Shown one piece after another: positions 54,039-64,000 of a stretch of DNA of 64,000 bases. The stretch is from contig OX638351.1 of the NCBI GenBank assembly GCA_951813565.1, positions 2,816,001-2,880,000 of the forward strand, in the 5' to 3' direction. Made by a program: the position numbers and the translations under genes. The notes beneath the pieces are model-generated. The model was not told the origin of the DNA. It ran no database searches and saw nothing but the letters and a program-made list of their open reading frames with translations. Source of the DNA: an uncultured Poribacteria bacterium (GTDB taxonomy: Bacteria; Poribacteria; WGA-4E; WGA-3G). How positions within the stretch are numbered: the stretch's first letter is position 1; each line of letters starts with the position of its first letter.

Positions 54039-55528
54039 GATAAATCCTCCGCATTTAAATCCTTGACGACAAGCTTGACCGTCGTTTCTGCTGTCAGTAG
54101 AACACCCGGTACGCCGGCACCCGGATGCGTACTTGCGCCGACAAAGTATAGTTTCTGTATATCTTCACTTCGGTTGTGGGGTCGAAAATACGCTGTCTGT
54201 GTCAGTTTTGGCTCAACGCCCCATGCACTACCGAGATGGTTATTCCGTTTCTGTTTGAAATCTGAAGGTGTAAACGTTTCAAGCACTTCAATCGAACGCT
54301 TTAGGTCTGCCAACCCAAAGTCATTTTCCAAGAACGTTAACACCCTGTCCGTATACGCTGCCTTTGTCTTTTTCCAGTTGACACCGCCCTCCAAATTCGG
54401 CACCGGAATCAGGACGTACATACTCTCACAGCCTCTCGGTGCCATTGATGGATCGGTTTGCGATGGAATATGGAGATACATTGAAAAATCGTCTGGAAGC
54501 ACTTTATTGTCAAAAATATCATCTATCAACCCTTTATATCTTTCAGAAAGAATGAGCGTATGGTGCTTCAGTTGCGGATATTTTTTACGAACACCAAGAT
54601 ACAGCAGGAAGGCACTCATCGAATATTGGGTCTTTCTGAGTTTCTTGTCAGACCATTTCCTACGATGTTCAGAATTAATAAGTTCGCCATAGGTGTGTGC
54701 CAGATCGGCGTTGGAAATAACGCCATCTGCTTCGTAAAATTGTCCGTTCGCAATAACACCCTTTGCACGCCGATTTTCAACAACGATCCGTTCAACTTCT
54801 GTATCGGTTTCGACGACACCACCGAGCTGCTTGAACACGTCTTCTAACGCATGTACGAGGCTATACATGCCACCCCTGCAGAACCAGACACCCCCAACTT
54901 TTTCAAGAAACGGAATCATGAGGTAAACCGCTGGTGCCCGGAACGGATTGCCGCCGATGAACAACGGGTGAAATGAGAAGGTGAAACGGTGGCGCGGGTC
55001 ATCAAAATACCTCTTAACGAAATCATAAGCAGGCATCAATGCTTGAAGCCGTAAAGCACGCGGCAGAAAGCCGAGCATCGTCGGTAAATCAAAGGCGGTT
55101 GCACCTAATCCGTCCGTGATGACAGCATCGTAGAGTTGACGTGTATGTGCCATGAAGCGATCATAGTTATCAGCATCTTTCGCACTGAATCGCGCCATCT
55201 GTCGTTTCATCTGTTCGCCATTGTCCGTATAATCGAGAGATGTACCGTCATGGAAGTAGATACGATAAAATGGGTCAAGTTTTACCAAATCAAGGTAATC
55301 TTCCATCCGCGTATCAGCAGACGCAAACACACGTTGGATCAAATCAGGCGCGGTGATAATTGAGGGTCCCATATCGAAAGTGTAGCCGTTTTTAACGAGT
55401 TGATACGCGTGTCCACCAACTTTCGCATTCTTCTCCAGAAGCGTGACTTGCATGCCTTGCGCTTGCAGTCGAATCGCTGCTGCGAGTCCGCCAAATCCTG
55501 AACCGATGATGACAATTTTCCGTTTCAT
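54035..55528 (-). CDS. crtI: Phytoene desaturase
   Basis: IGSGFGGLAAAIRL, FDMGPS, THPGAGVPGV. Confidence 0.9.
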   Translation of the reverse strand: MKRKIVIIGSGFGGLAAAIRLQAQGMQVTLLEKNAKVGGHAYQLVKNGYTFDMGPSIITAPDLIQRVFASADTRMEDYLDLVKLDPFYRIYFHDGTSLDYTDNGEQMKRQMARFSAKDADNYDRFMAHTRQLYDAVITDGLGATAFDLPTMLGFLPRALRLQALMPAYDFVKRYFDDPRHRFTFSFHPLFIGGNPFRAPAVYLMIPFLEKVGGVWFCRGGMYSLVHALEDVFKQLGGVVETDTEVERIVVENRRAKGVIANGQFYEADGVISNADLAHTYGELINSEHRRKWSDKKLRKTQYSMSAFLLYLGVRKKYPQLKHHTLILSERYKGLIDDIFDNKVLPDDFSMYLHIPSQTDPSMAPRGCESMYVLIPVPNLEGGVNWKKTKAAYTDRVLTFLENDFGLADLKRSIEVLETFTPSDFKQKRNNHLGSAWGVEPKLTQTAYFRPHNRSEDIQKLYFVGASTHPGAGVPGVLLTAETTVKLVVKDLNAEDLS

Positions 55529-55583
55529 ATCTCTTAACCTCGCCTACCAAAACAACTCCAATCGAGTCTGTCGATTTACCCAA

Positions 55584-57077
55584 TCACCTAAGCTTCGATG
55601 CGTGATCCTCCGCAATCAACGTTGCTGCCATTTTTCCAGATAATATCACCAATGGAATCCCGCCTCCCGGGTGCACCGAACCTCCTGCGAAGTAAAGCCT
55701 TTCCAAGACACGACTGCGGTTCGGTAGACGCTTGAACGCAGTAGTTCTGCTATTCGACGATACACCGTAGATGCTCCCCTGATTGCTGGCATAAAGCTCG
55801 GAAAAATCCTCCGGTGTGTAAATTTGTTCCACTTCAATTCGATCCATGATGTCAAAACCGACTCGCTTTAACTTATTCAGCACAACTGATCGCATCCGAA
55901 CCTTCTCTTTTTTCCACATCTGCCCGGGTACCAAATACGGCATGTTCAACAGCACGAACCAATTCTCGCCATCAGCTGGTGCGTGTCCGGTATCCGTTTT
56001 ATTGGTTATAGCGATATAGATAGTCGGATCATCTGGCACTCGCTGATTTTTAAAAATCTGCTTAAATTCTGCATCGTAGTCGCTGGAGAAAATAATATTA
56101 TGGTGCGCTAACTTCTGATGTTTGGCTCTAACACCCCACAGGAATACCATTCCTGACAACGACGGCTCCAATCGATTTAATTTCTCGGATCGATGTTGAT
56201 ACCCATCAATTAATTCATCATGTGCTACAACTGCGTCTGCACCACACAGCACATAATCCGTTTCCACTTTTTCACCATTAACCTGCACGCCACTGACCCG
56301 CTTACCATCGTGACAGATTTCCTCAACCCTTGTCGACGTATGAATCTGAACACCTAACTCGCATGCAACCGTTTCCAATGCGTCAATCAAACGATATATA
56401 CCACCTTTGATATAGTACCCTCCCAACCCATATTCGATATACGGAATTATGTTAAGGGTTGCGGGTGCTTGAAACGGATCTGAACCGTTGTAAGTGGCGT
56501 AGCGGTCAAACAGTTGAACGAGGCGCGGATCGGAGAAAAAACGGGAGACACTTTGGTGCACAGTCCGAAACGGATCAATTTGATGAAGCCTGAAAAGTGT
56601 CTGAAAATGCCGAGGTTTTATGAGTTTCTTGAACTCATGGATCGGTGTAAACATAAAGATTTCGGCTGTTAGGTCGTGAATACGTTCTGTGTATTTTAAG
56701 AACCGTTCATACGCTTCCACGTCATCAGTCGATAGCTGTGCGATAGCGTTTTTCATCTTCGCTTTGTCGGCACTCGCATCCATCACTGAACTATCTGAAA
56801 AGAAGTATCGGCATATCGGGTCAATCGGCACTAAGTCGAGATAATCTGACCGATTAAAACCAGCAAAATCGAACAGTTCATCAATCACAGATGGCATTGT
56901 CAATAGAGACGCTCCAGTATCAAATCGGTAGCCTCCTAAAGCGACTTCGTTTACCTTACCACCGATTTTTTCATTCTTCTCAAACAACTGAACAGAAAAT
57001 CCTAATCGCGCGAGTCGAATCGCACCACTTAGTGCTCCAAGTCCACCACCGATAACTGCCACATGTTTATTGTCCAT
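55584..57077 (-). CDS. Second CrtI-family desaturase (CrtD-like)
   Basis: IGGGLG, RFDTGAS, RYATYNGS, GGSVHPGGGIP. Confidence 0.82.
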   Translation of the reverse strand: MDNKHVAVIGGGLGALSGAIRLARLGFSVQLFEKNEKIGGKVNEVALGGYRFDTGASLLTMPSVIDELFDFAGFNRSDYLDLVPIDPICRYFFSDSSVMDASADKAKMKNAIAQLSTDDVEAYERFLKYTERIHDLTAEIFMFTPIHEFKKLIKPRHFQTLFRLHQIDPFRTVHQSVSRFFSDPRLVQLFDRYATYNGSDPFQAPATLNIIPYIEYGLGGYYIKGGIYRLIDALETVACELGVQIHTSTRVEEICHDGKRVSGVQVNGEKVETDYVLCGADAVVAHDELIDGYQHRSEKLNRLEPSLSGMVFLWGVRAKHQKLAHHNIIFSSDYDAEFKQIFKNQRVPDDPTIYIAITNKTDTGHAPADGENWFVLLNMPYLVPGQMWKKEKVRMRSVVLNKLKRVGFDIMDRIEVEQIYTPEDFSELYASNQGSIYGVSSNSRTTAFKRLPNRSRVLERLYFAGGSVHPGGGIPLVILSGKMAATLIAEDHASKLR

Positions 57078-57750
57078 GACGAACTGCCTTTAATTTCTCA
57101 TAAAGCATTGCGTTAAAAAGCATCAGTGTAAACCCGTATCCGAAATCTTCAACGGGGATTGTCAGAATTCGGTATCCACTCTGATACGCCTCGCCATACA
57201 AAACAATCGGTCGCGCTGTGAGGTAACCGTTGAACACCAAAATCAAACCAAAGACAATTGCGAGATAGAGATAAGTCTTTGGCCGCAGAAGCAAATCAAT
57301 ACCTAAGAATGCGTCTACCAGTCCGACAAGTCCAAAACAGCATAGTACCAACCCGGTGTACTGCTTACCTGTACTGAAAACCCATATACCGATCAGTAGT
57401 GCAGCACATAAAACCGCTCTGACGTACCTAAGGGATTTCAACTGGACTAACCAACTATCGGTATGCGGTAGGGTTTCCCATACCAACAAACATCCAAATG
57501 GAACCGTAATAAAAAAGAGCCACTCCCCAATCGGTAAACTGAATAATCGAAAGTCAAGCGTATATGTCTTATTGAACCACCAATGCAAGTCAGTGACAAG
57601 CATATCCCAAATGATATATGGAATCATGACAATTCCACTCGTAACCAGTTTCAATCGCCAATGTGAAATGGGCTTAATCTGACGGTTGAATTGGGACACT
57701 ACCGGTCCAACAATGACAATGAGATTAAACATGAGATATTCAAATTTCAT
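57067..57750 (-). CDS. Membrane lycopene cyclase (CrtYc/Yd-type fused)
   Basis: IIWD, LPIGEWLFF, NGYLT, IPVEDFGY. Confidence 0.85.
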   Translation of the reverse strand: MKFEYLMFNLIVIVGPVVSQFNRQIKPISHWRLKLVTSGIVMIPYIIWDMLVTDLHWWFNKTYTLDFRLFSLPIGEWLFFITVPFGCLLVWETLPHTDSWLVQLKSLRYVRAVLCAALLIGIWVFSTGKQYTGLVLCCFGLVGLVDAFLGIDLLLRPKTYLYLAIVFGLILVFNGYLTARPIVLYGEAYQSGYRILTIPVEDFGYGFTLMLFNAMLYEKLKAVRHGQ

Positions 57751-57896
57751 TTTTTAAATGATTCGGCACTTGGACACCGCTCCATTTCATTACGCGGTGG
57801 TTTCCGATAGTTTCAAATGGCGTTTTGGCAACAGACCTCATTGAAAATTGACCATAAACCATCGTGAAACGAAGTGGAACGATGCCCAGAGGCCAG

Positions 57897-58460
57897 TTAT
57901 TTAAAAAGTGTGTGGAGATATGTTTTCTCATCATCCGTCAGCTTCACATTTTCAAGTAAGAACACAACAACATTTTTGATTAACTTAAGGTCATAGGTAT
58001 CCACCTGCTGTGGCATCAATTCGATGATTTTTCTGAAATCGCGCCGTGCATCATCACCACGTCTGAAGAAGAAAGGCAAGTAATAACAAGTTGTCCCGTG
58101 AATGAACAGCGCTTCAATGTCGTTTGGGTCTTTCTTTAAACCACTATCCATGATCGCTAAACCACGCTTTGCCCACTTGAGCTTGGTGTGTGGCAAAAAT
58201 GCATGCTTTCCTTTGAGAGCAAAAAGCGCACCGATGTAAACCTGTGTACGTCCAGCGTATTTTGGTGCTAACTGTTCAATTCTCCCAAACAGCTTGATTG
58301 TTGGTTCGACCAACTTTTGGTCTTCAATCGCAGCATAAAATTGCTTTCGTGCCTTCTCCAACATTTCTTCTACTGGCTTGTTAACTGCAGCACTATTGGC
58401 ACACAACGAAAGAAGCATTATTCCTATAAAATTTACATGGATGAATTGCCTAAGTCTCAT
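57897..58460 (-). CDS. Secreted TPR-like hypothetical protein in carotenoid cluster
   Basis: Signal peptide, helical, LPFFF motif. Confidence 0.6.
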   Translation of the reverse strand: MRLRQFIHVNFIGIMLLSLCANSAAVNKPVEEMLEKARKQFYAAIEDQKLVEPTIKLFGRIEQLAPKYAGRTQVYIGALFALKGKHAFLPHTKLKWAKRGLAIMDSGLKKDPNDIEALFIHGTTCYYLPFFFRRGDDARRDFRKIIELMPQQVDTYDLKLIKNVVVFLLENVKLTDDEKTYLHTLFK

Positions 58461-58989
58461 TACAAAAACTAATTTTTTGATACTGTTTAATAACGCGATC
58501 AAGTACCAGTTTGAACCAGTACGTGTAATTCTGCGGATTTTCTTGAATATCCTTTCTCAGCATACTTATATTTATCCATTTCCAATCGTCAACTTCGTCA
58601 GGATTTGGGGCAGGTTGACTGTTATAGTGCCCAACAAAGACGTGGTCCAATTCGTGTTCAAATAGGCTATTGTCGAGTTGGACGTGATAAATAAAACTAA
58701 AAAGCCCAGTCAATTCACAATCGAAACCCATTTCCTCATTGAGCCGCCGTCTCGCTGCGCGATAATAACTTTCGCCGGGACGTGGATGGCTACAGCAGGT
58801 ATTCGTCCACAGTCCACCGGAGTGGTATTTCGTCCATGCTCGTCTCTGAAGCAATAATTCGCCTAGGGTGTTAAAGACAAAAACCGAAAACGCGCTGTGC
58901 AATCTACCCTCACGATGCGCTTGTATCTTTTCTTGGGTGCCGATTTCTCTCCCGCTATGGTCAACGAGTATTACATGCTCTTGTATCAT
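58450..58989 (-). CDS. idi: Isopentenyl-diphosphate isomerase type 1
   Basis: LHSAFSVF, WTNTCCSHP, RRLNEEMG, EHELDHVF. Confidence 0.95.
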   Translation of the reverse strand: MIQEHVILVDHSGREIGTQEKIQAHREGRLHSAFSVFVFNTLGELLLQRRAWTKYHSGGLWTNTCCSHPRPGESYYRAARRRLNEEMGFDCELTGLFSFIYHVQLDNSLFEHELDHVFVGHYNSQPAPNPDEVDDWKWINISMLRKDIQENPQNYTYWFKLVLDRVIKQYQKISFCNET

Positions 58990-59048
58990 TGATATTTATT
59001 TCCTTCGTATCGGTATGATTTTCAGGTTAAATTGGGCGTGAATCACTA

Positions 59049-59090
59049 TGTATAATATTATTACATATTGTCTATATTTTGTCAACAAAT
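59049..59090 (-). promoter_or_regulatory. Putative crt operon promoter with CarH-type operator
   Basis: Minus-strand TTGACA (59085-59080) and TAGACA spaced 11 bp, AT-rich -10 downstream. Confidence 0.6.
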
Positions 59091-59247
59091 AATTTATGCA
59101 ATTTATCATAACTCTAATTTTGTATATAAAATACGTGGTGTCGTAGGATACGATCAATCACTCGATATCCGCTGTAAATAGGCAATAAATAAGCAATCCG
59201 AAGCAAAATTAAAATTCCATTCTCTGTTTAATTCTGAAACTTAGGCA

Positions 59248-59287
59248 GATACAATTTCTTGACAAATAGTATACATAATGTTATATT
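59248..59287 (+). promoter_or_regulatory. Putative carH promoter with three 11-bp-spaced operator repeats
   Basis: GATACA/TTGACA/TATACA at 59248/59259/59270; TTGACA-17-TATATT. Confidence 0.65.
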
Positions 59288-59398
59288 AAACTGTAAGGTT
59301 TGGATGTAAAAACGTGAACATTTACGATTCGGTTTACAATTACTGAGTGAATTCGTGTGGAGGGATTCAATCGATTCAATTTAACTGAGATTATATTT

Positions 59399-59533
59399 TA
59401 TAGTAAATTATGCAAATAAGTTCACATATATTCTGTAGGAGCGATCTCCGAATCGCGATGAAACCACTAATAGTCGGGAATCGGAGTTCCCTCGGACAGC
59501 TCAGATGTCCAGTTAATTGTAGAATCCGCTATA
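59399..59533. repeat. 135-bp MITE-like repeat, inverted copy of 35590-35724
   Basis: Direct sequence comparison. Confidence 0.8.
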
Positions 59534-59621
59534 ATATACTTTCCTTGATGTTGACTCAGCGACCCTGAAGGAACATTGAGCACTAATAATGAAAAACGAA
59601 TAAAAATAAAAAAGGAAAAGA

Positions 59622-60581
59622 TTGATGACGGATGAACATAAACACGGTATTAAAACCGTTGCCATTCAGACAGGATTAACACAATTTACCATTCGGGCGT
59701 GGGAAAAGCGATACAACGTGGTCACACCGTTGCGAACCGAAACGAATCGTCGTCTTTATTCTGATGCGGAGATATCGCGACTCACGTTGCTTCGTCTGGC
59801 GACCAAGGCGGGGCATGGCATTGGACGAATAGCAAACCTGCCGACCGAAGAGCTTCTGGAACTCATTGGAACGGAGGGGACGATTGCGCAGCCCCCTGCA
59901 ATCGCGAAAGAGGATGGCTCACAAAAAACATCGCTTCATTTTTACATCGCTTCGTGCATCGCAGCGGTTAAGCGGTATGAGGCGCAAGCACTTGAGTCAA
60001 CGCTCTTCGCTGCGTCAGCCGCCTTTAGCCAGCCTGTTTTCCTTGAAAAGTTGATCGTACCCCTGATGCGAGAAATCGGTGAACAGTGGAAAGCAGGAAC
60101 TTTACGGATTGCACACGAACATCTCGCCACGGCAGTTGTTCAGACATTGTTGGGCAGTATCTGCCAAGGATCTGATGTATCTGCCTCAACGCCAAATTTA
60201 GTGATAGCGACACCGCGGGGGCAGCGCCACGAAATTGGAGCATTAATTGCCACAACGACTGCAGCCTCGCAAGGCTGGCAAGTCACCTACCTCGGTCCTA
60301 ACTTGCCAGCTGAAGAAATTGTAGGGTGTGTGGTGCAAAATGGAGCAAAGGCAATTGGGTTGAGTATCGTTCACCCGACAGATGACCCACACTTGGCGAA
60401 TGAATTACGAAAACTTCGACGCGGAATCCAAGAACATGTTGCCCTATTTGTCGGAGGGTCCGGGGCAACCGCTTACGATCCTGTCATTAACACCATCGGA
60501 GCAGTGAGAATCAATGATATGCCGACTTTTCGCACCGAACTCGAAGCCTTGCGTGTTCAACAGAACATGTCAGAAGCATAG
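59622..60581 (+). CDS. carH: MerR-family cobalamin-binding photoreceptor regulator (CarH/LitR)
   Basis: IRAWEKRY..R.Y MerR HTH; W-x9-EH; QRHEIG; YLGPNLP. Confidence 0.88.
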   Translation: MMTDEHKHGIKTVAIQTGLTQFTIRAWEKRYNVVTPLRTETNRRLYSDAEISRLTLLRLATKAGHGIGRIANLPTEELLELIGTEGTIAQPPAIAKEDGSQKTSLHFYIASCIAAVKRYEAQALESTLFAASAAFSQPVFLEKLIVPLMREIGEQWKAGTLRIAHEHLATAVVQTLLGSICQGSDVSASTPNLVIATPRGQRHEIGALIATTTAASQGWQVTYLGPNLPAEEIVGCVVQNGAKAIGLSIVHPTDDPHLANELRKLRRGIQEHVALFVGGSGATAYDPVINTIGAVRINDMPTFRTELEALRVQQNMSEA

Positions 60582-60742
60582 GTGAAATTGTCAACGGTGA
60601 CAAACCCGGATGCCAGTTAGAGGATGAAATCACGTTTTTCAAATCAGTTGGTGTAGGGGTGCAAGATGCAGTTGCCGCATCGGTGGTACTGACAGTGGCG
60701 GAGGCAAAAAACTTCGGCATTGTCGTTGAGGTGGTTCAATAG
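60578..60742 (+). pseudogene. Diverged duplicate of the 3' end of the cyclodeaminase gene
   Basis: IGEIVNGDK..EITFFKSVGVGVQDAVAAS matches 49736-49897. Confidence 0.85.
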
Positions 60743-60787
60743 TCTATTCTGACAGATGGGTGTCTTGTATAGGCAATCTGCTTGATC

Positions 60788-61645
60788 CTATTGAGTTAAG
60801 AGATAGTTGATTATCTGCGCAGCAACTTCGGCTTTCGGATCATTTTTATATACGGTATGAAAAACAATCGCTAATCTGCCACGATCACCATCTCGTACAA
60901 TGACGGGATCTGCCAAGGTTGCCTGAGGATTCCCAGTATCGCTCGCAAGAATCCTTTCAGCAAACCATTCATCCTCAAGCTGATCTAATGGAAAGGGTCT
61001 GTCAGATTTAAAATGGACCATACTTGGGGCTAATCTACTACCTTCTACTGTAACAAACATATCTATGTTGTGTTCATATACATTAATCTCAATTTCAGGG
61101 AGGTCCATTAAGTTTTGCATAGCACCGCGTTCGTTGGCTTTACCTTCTGAACTGTTATACCCAAAATAATCCGCATGATTCAAAATTGTATCACCATCCG
61201 TTGTTTCGATCCAATTTTCGGCGACAGAACCATCGGGTTGAGCATTTCCTGATGGATAGATAGTGGAAGGTAAAATACCATAAAGGATACAGACATTCAC
61301 GACACCGTTTGCTGTTGTTTGCAGCATCCAATCTCTGACAGATTCCTTACTTTTTGTTATCTCCACTTGAATACTCTCTGATTCTAAGAGAAATTTTGTC
61401 ATTTCTGCTTCATTTTCTGCATCTTCCGGTCTTATCCACAAGGTTTTACCTATATAAATCAAAACATCTACTGTACGGTCTATAGACTTGACTGGTATAA
61501 CATCTGATGATTCCTGCTCCACCATTTCTGCCGATTCTGCATTCGGTACAACAGGCCCCTCCACTTTCTGCATTTTATTGCAACTGGCAAAGGAAACCGT
61601 CCAACCAATTAGAACGGTAATAACTAACCATTGGTATTTTTGCAT
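60788..61645 (-). CDS. Hypothetical lipoprotein
   Basis: FASC lipobox; paralog of 62608-63420. Confidence 0.75.
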   Translation of the reverse strand: MQKYQWLVITVLIGWTVSFASCNKMQKVEGPVVPNAESAEMVEQESSDVIPVKSIDRTVDVLIYIGKTLWIRPEDAENEAEMTKFLLESESIQVEITKSKESVRDWMLQTTANGVVNVCILYGILPSTIYPSGNAQPDGSVAENWIETTDGDTILNHADYFGYNSSEGKANERGAMQNLMDLPEIEINVYEHNIDMFVTVEGSRLAPSMVHFKSDRPFPLDQLEDEWFAERILASDTGNPQATLADPVIVRDGDRGRLAIVFHTVYKNDPKAEVAAQIINYLLTQ

Positions 61646-61820
61646 TTATAATTCTCCTGAAGTATAATATGTGTATAAAATGATACTATGCACTATAGGC
61701 AGTAGCAAATTTTTTGATAGTAGCACGTTTGACACGATAAACCACTCCACAAACATTGGTGGTTTATCGTTCTTGCGCCGTTATTTAGAAAAAACTCCGC
61801 ATTTCTTAATGTGAACAAAT

Positions 61821-62537
61821 ATGATTAAAGCAGTATTCTTTGACCTTGATAACACACTCTGTGACTCCGATACAGCCTGGAGACTTGCAGTAAAAGAAAC
61901 ATTTGATCTTTTTAGCAAGCATGAACCGGAAGTTTCAAAAGAGGCACTTACAAAAGCATGGACAACAGTTCATCAGGAACTCTTTCAGCAACTTGACGCG
62001 GGGAAATGCTCTATGGCAGAAGTAAGAGACTCACGTTTCTCGTATTTATTCAAAGAACTCAATTTGTCCCCAGGTGAAATTACAGAAGAACTCAATGACT
62101 TTCTCAGTACCCGCTACCTCACGAGTTTAAGTCTTTACGAAGATGTTACGGTACTTGAAGAACTACACGCATACCATGTCGGTATCATTACAAATGGTGC
62201 ACACGATGAACATACTGACAGTCAACTCTCTAAAGTCCGACACCTGGGACTAACCGAGCGTATTCAGTCGTTGACAATATCCGGTGAAATCGGTGTCAGG
62301 AAACCGAATTTTGAAATCTTCAAAGTGGCTTGTGAACATGCCAACGTTTTGCTGAAAGAGGCAATGCTTGTAGGAGACTCCATTCAAAATGACATCATTG
62401 GTGCTAACCGTGCAGGCATGACAAGCGTTTTGATCGACCGCAATTTGGGTGTATCAATCCCGAAAATAGCGGACGCACAATCAGACTATTCAATCTCAAA
62501 TCTATATGACGTTTTGGCATGCTTGGAACATAAATAG
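61821..62537 (+). CDS. HAD-family hydrolase
   Basis: FFDLDNTL, ITNG, KP, VGDS..DI.GA. Confidence 0.92.
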   Translation: MIKAVFFDLDNTLCDSDTAWRLAVKETFDLFSKHEPEVSKEALTKAWTTVHQELFQQLDAGKCSMAEVRDSRFSYLFKELNLSPGEITEELNDFLSTRYLTSLSLYEDVTVLEELHAYHVGIITNGAHDEHTDSQLSKVRHLGLTERIQSLTISGEIGVRKPNFEIFKVACEHANVLLKEAMLVGDSIQNDIIGANRAGMTSVLIDRNLGVSIPKIADAQSDYSISNLYDVLACLEHK

Positions 62538-62607
62538 GATTAGAATCGCATTGAAAAACACAGTTTATCCTGTAACACAAGTGGCATGGATAGAATTAAG
62601 CTTAAAC

Positions 62608-63420
62608 CTATTTAGCTAAAAGATAGTTGATGATTATCTCTGCCGCAACTTCCCCTTTCGGATTATCCCCATGATGTGTTTGGTGGACCATTGCAAGTCT
62701 ACCGCGATCTCCATCGCGAAGAATTATCGGGTCTGCCAATGTCGCTTGAATATCCCCGGTATCACTTGCAAATATTTTTTCAGCATACCATTCAGAGCCG
62801 AGTTGTTCCAAAGGAAAGGGTCTGTCCGATTCAAAATTGACTAAACTTGGGGTTAATGTGCTGCCGCTTTCAGTGGCATGCATAAATAGGTTCTCAAAAT
62901 GCTCAACATTAATATCAATATTGGGAAGGTCCATAAGGTTTTGCAGAGGAGCCTTGTAGTTGGGTGTGCCATCTGAACTGTAATAGCCTAAATAATCTGC
63001 ATGATTCAAAATCGTATCGCCATCCGTTGTTTCAATCCAGTTTTCAACGATTGATCCGTCGGGTTCGGTATTCCCTGGGGCATAGATTGATGTTGGTAAA
63101 ATCCCGTAAAGGATGCAGACATTCACTGCACCATTCGCAGTTGTTTCAGACATCCAATTCCTAAGGGTTTCTTCGCTTTCTGTCATTGCTGCACGAATTC
63201 CATTGGATTCTAATAGGTATTTTGTCGTTTTTGCTTCAACTCTTGCATTTTCCAATGTTATCCACGAGGCACTACCTGTATAAATCAATACATCCACTGG
63301 TTTTGCATTCAATACACCAGACACAACAGGTATCGGCTTTTTTTGAACTTTCGTGCAACTCACAAAGAAAACCGTCCAACCAATTAGGAAGATAATAACT
63401 ATCCATCGGTATTTCCGCAT
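62608..63420 (-). CDS. Hypothetical lipoprotein, paralog of 60788-61645
   Basis: Shared ENWIETTDGDTILNHADY, SDRPFPL, ADP..RDGDRGRLA. Confidence 0.75.
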   Translation of the reverse strand: MRKYRWIVIIFLIGWTVFFVSCTKVQKKPIPVVSGVLNAKPVDVLIYTGSASWITLENARVEAKTTKYLLESNGIRAAMTESEETLRNWMSETTANGAVNVCILYGILPTSIYAPGNTEPDGSIVENWIETTDGDTILNHADYLGYYSSDGTPNYKAPLQNLMDLPNIDINVEHFENLFMHATESGSTLTPSLVNFESDRPFPLEQLGSEWYAEKIFASDTGDIQATLADPIILRDGDRGRLAMVHQTHHGDNPKGEVAAEIIINYLLAK

Positions 63421-63901
63421 TTGTAATTCTCCTGAAGTATAACGTGATTTATAGTGAACTTTGAAATTATTGGGACACTTTGATAAACTTGTCTTGGAAA
63501 GATAATGGACAATAGAAGTTGTAGCACAAACTTTTAGTTTGTGCCTTATGAGACGCAAACTAAATGAAGATTAATTTTTTAATTCGGTAATTTTCTGTCC
63601 GCACAAAGCAGGTGTACCCACCTGCTGGCGAGGTTTCCTAACCTCGCTAAATTACCGAATTATTTTCTTAAACTTCATAAAGTTTGCGCTACAGAAGTGT
63701 CCCATTAATTATAGGTTTTACTATAGATAAAACCGAAGTTCTTGCTAATCCTATAATTTTCACAGACTATACGAACCCTTAAATTGTATTGTTTATATTC
63801 ACTATAATTTGAAAAATTCTTGTCTCGTGGAAGTTGAGTTTCAACAGAAAATCTATTTTTGGACGAGTTTCGCATATCAGTGGAACACCGCGAAAATGCC
63901 A

Positions 63902-64000
63902 CACTCCAGCGGAGTGTTATGTCTATAGAAAACGGTATACACACATTCTCGCACTCCAGCGGAGTGCTATGTGTCGAAATCACGGACCGCTCCGCTGGAG
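63902..64000. repeat. REP-like CTCCAGCGGAG palindromic repeats (also 31594-31660)
   Basis: Multiple (A/G)CTCCAGCGGAG(T/C) units. Confidence 0.65.

Noticed and set aside
63705..63983. 92-aa ORF at the window end
   Set aside because: Runs through REP-like repeats and AT-rich sequence; likely spurious.
1..64000. tRNA/rRNA genes
   Set aside because: No cloverleaf or rRNA-like sequence recognised by eye.

Overview
Bacterial chromosomal window, probably Candidatus Poribacteria or a similar sponge symbiont (inferred from LamG proteins ending in 'AVE..GK.AVTWG.LK', PhyH, WD40 genes and dense REP/MITE repeats). Housekeeping genes (lgt, proA, proB, obgE, nfo, leuS, rnj, leuC, leuD) are mixed with insertion elements (IS605/TnpB with a nested IS701-type element, IS1595, MITEs) and toxin-antitoxin pairs. 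The highlight is a cas1/cas2-free CRISPR-IscB module at 12763-16445. It has an intact IscB with a ~70-aa insertion at the REC position and an omegaRNA-like scaffold whose 5' end is an anti-repeat (tracrRNA-like). It also has a 27-repeat array whose terminal spacer matches (28/35 nt) the start of the gene flanking the module, suggesting a homing guide. Other notable items: two tandem SelN-like selenoprotein candidates read through in-frame UGA with SECIS-like hairpins; a restriction-modification module flanked by a ~100-bp target duplication and knocked out by an IS; and a CarH-regulated keto-carotenoid acyl-glycoside cluster bounded by a duplicated gene 3' end. All assignments were made by eye from motifs; no database searches were run.
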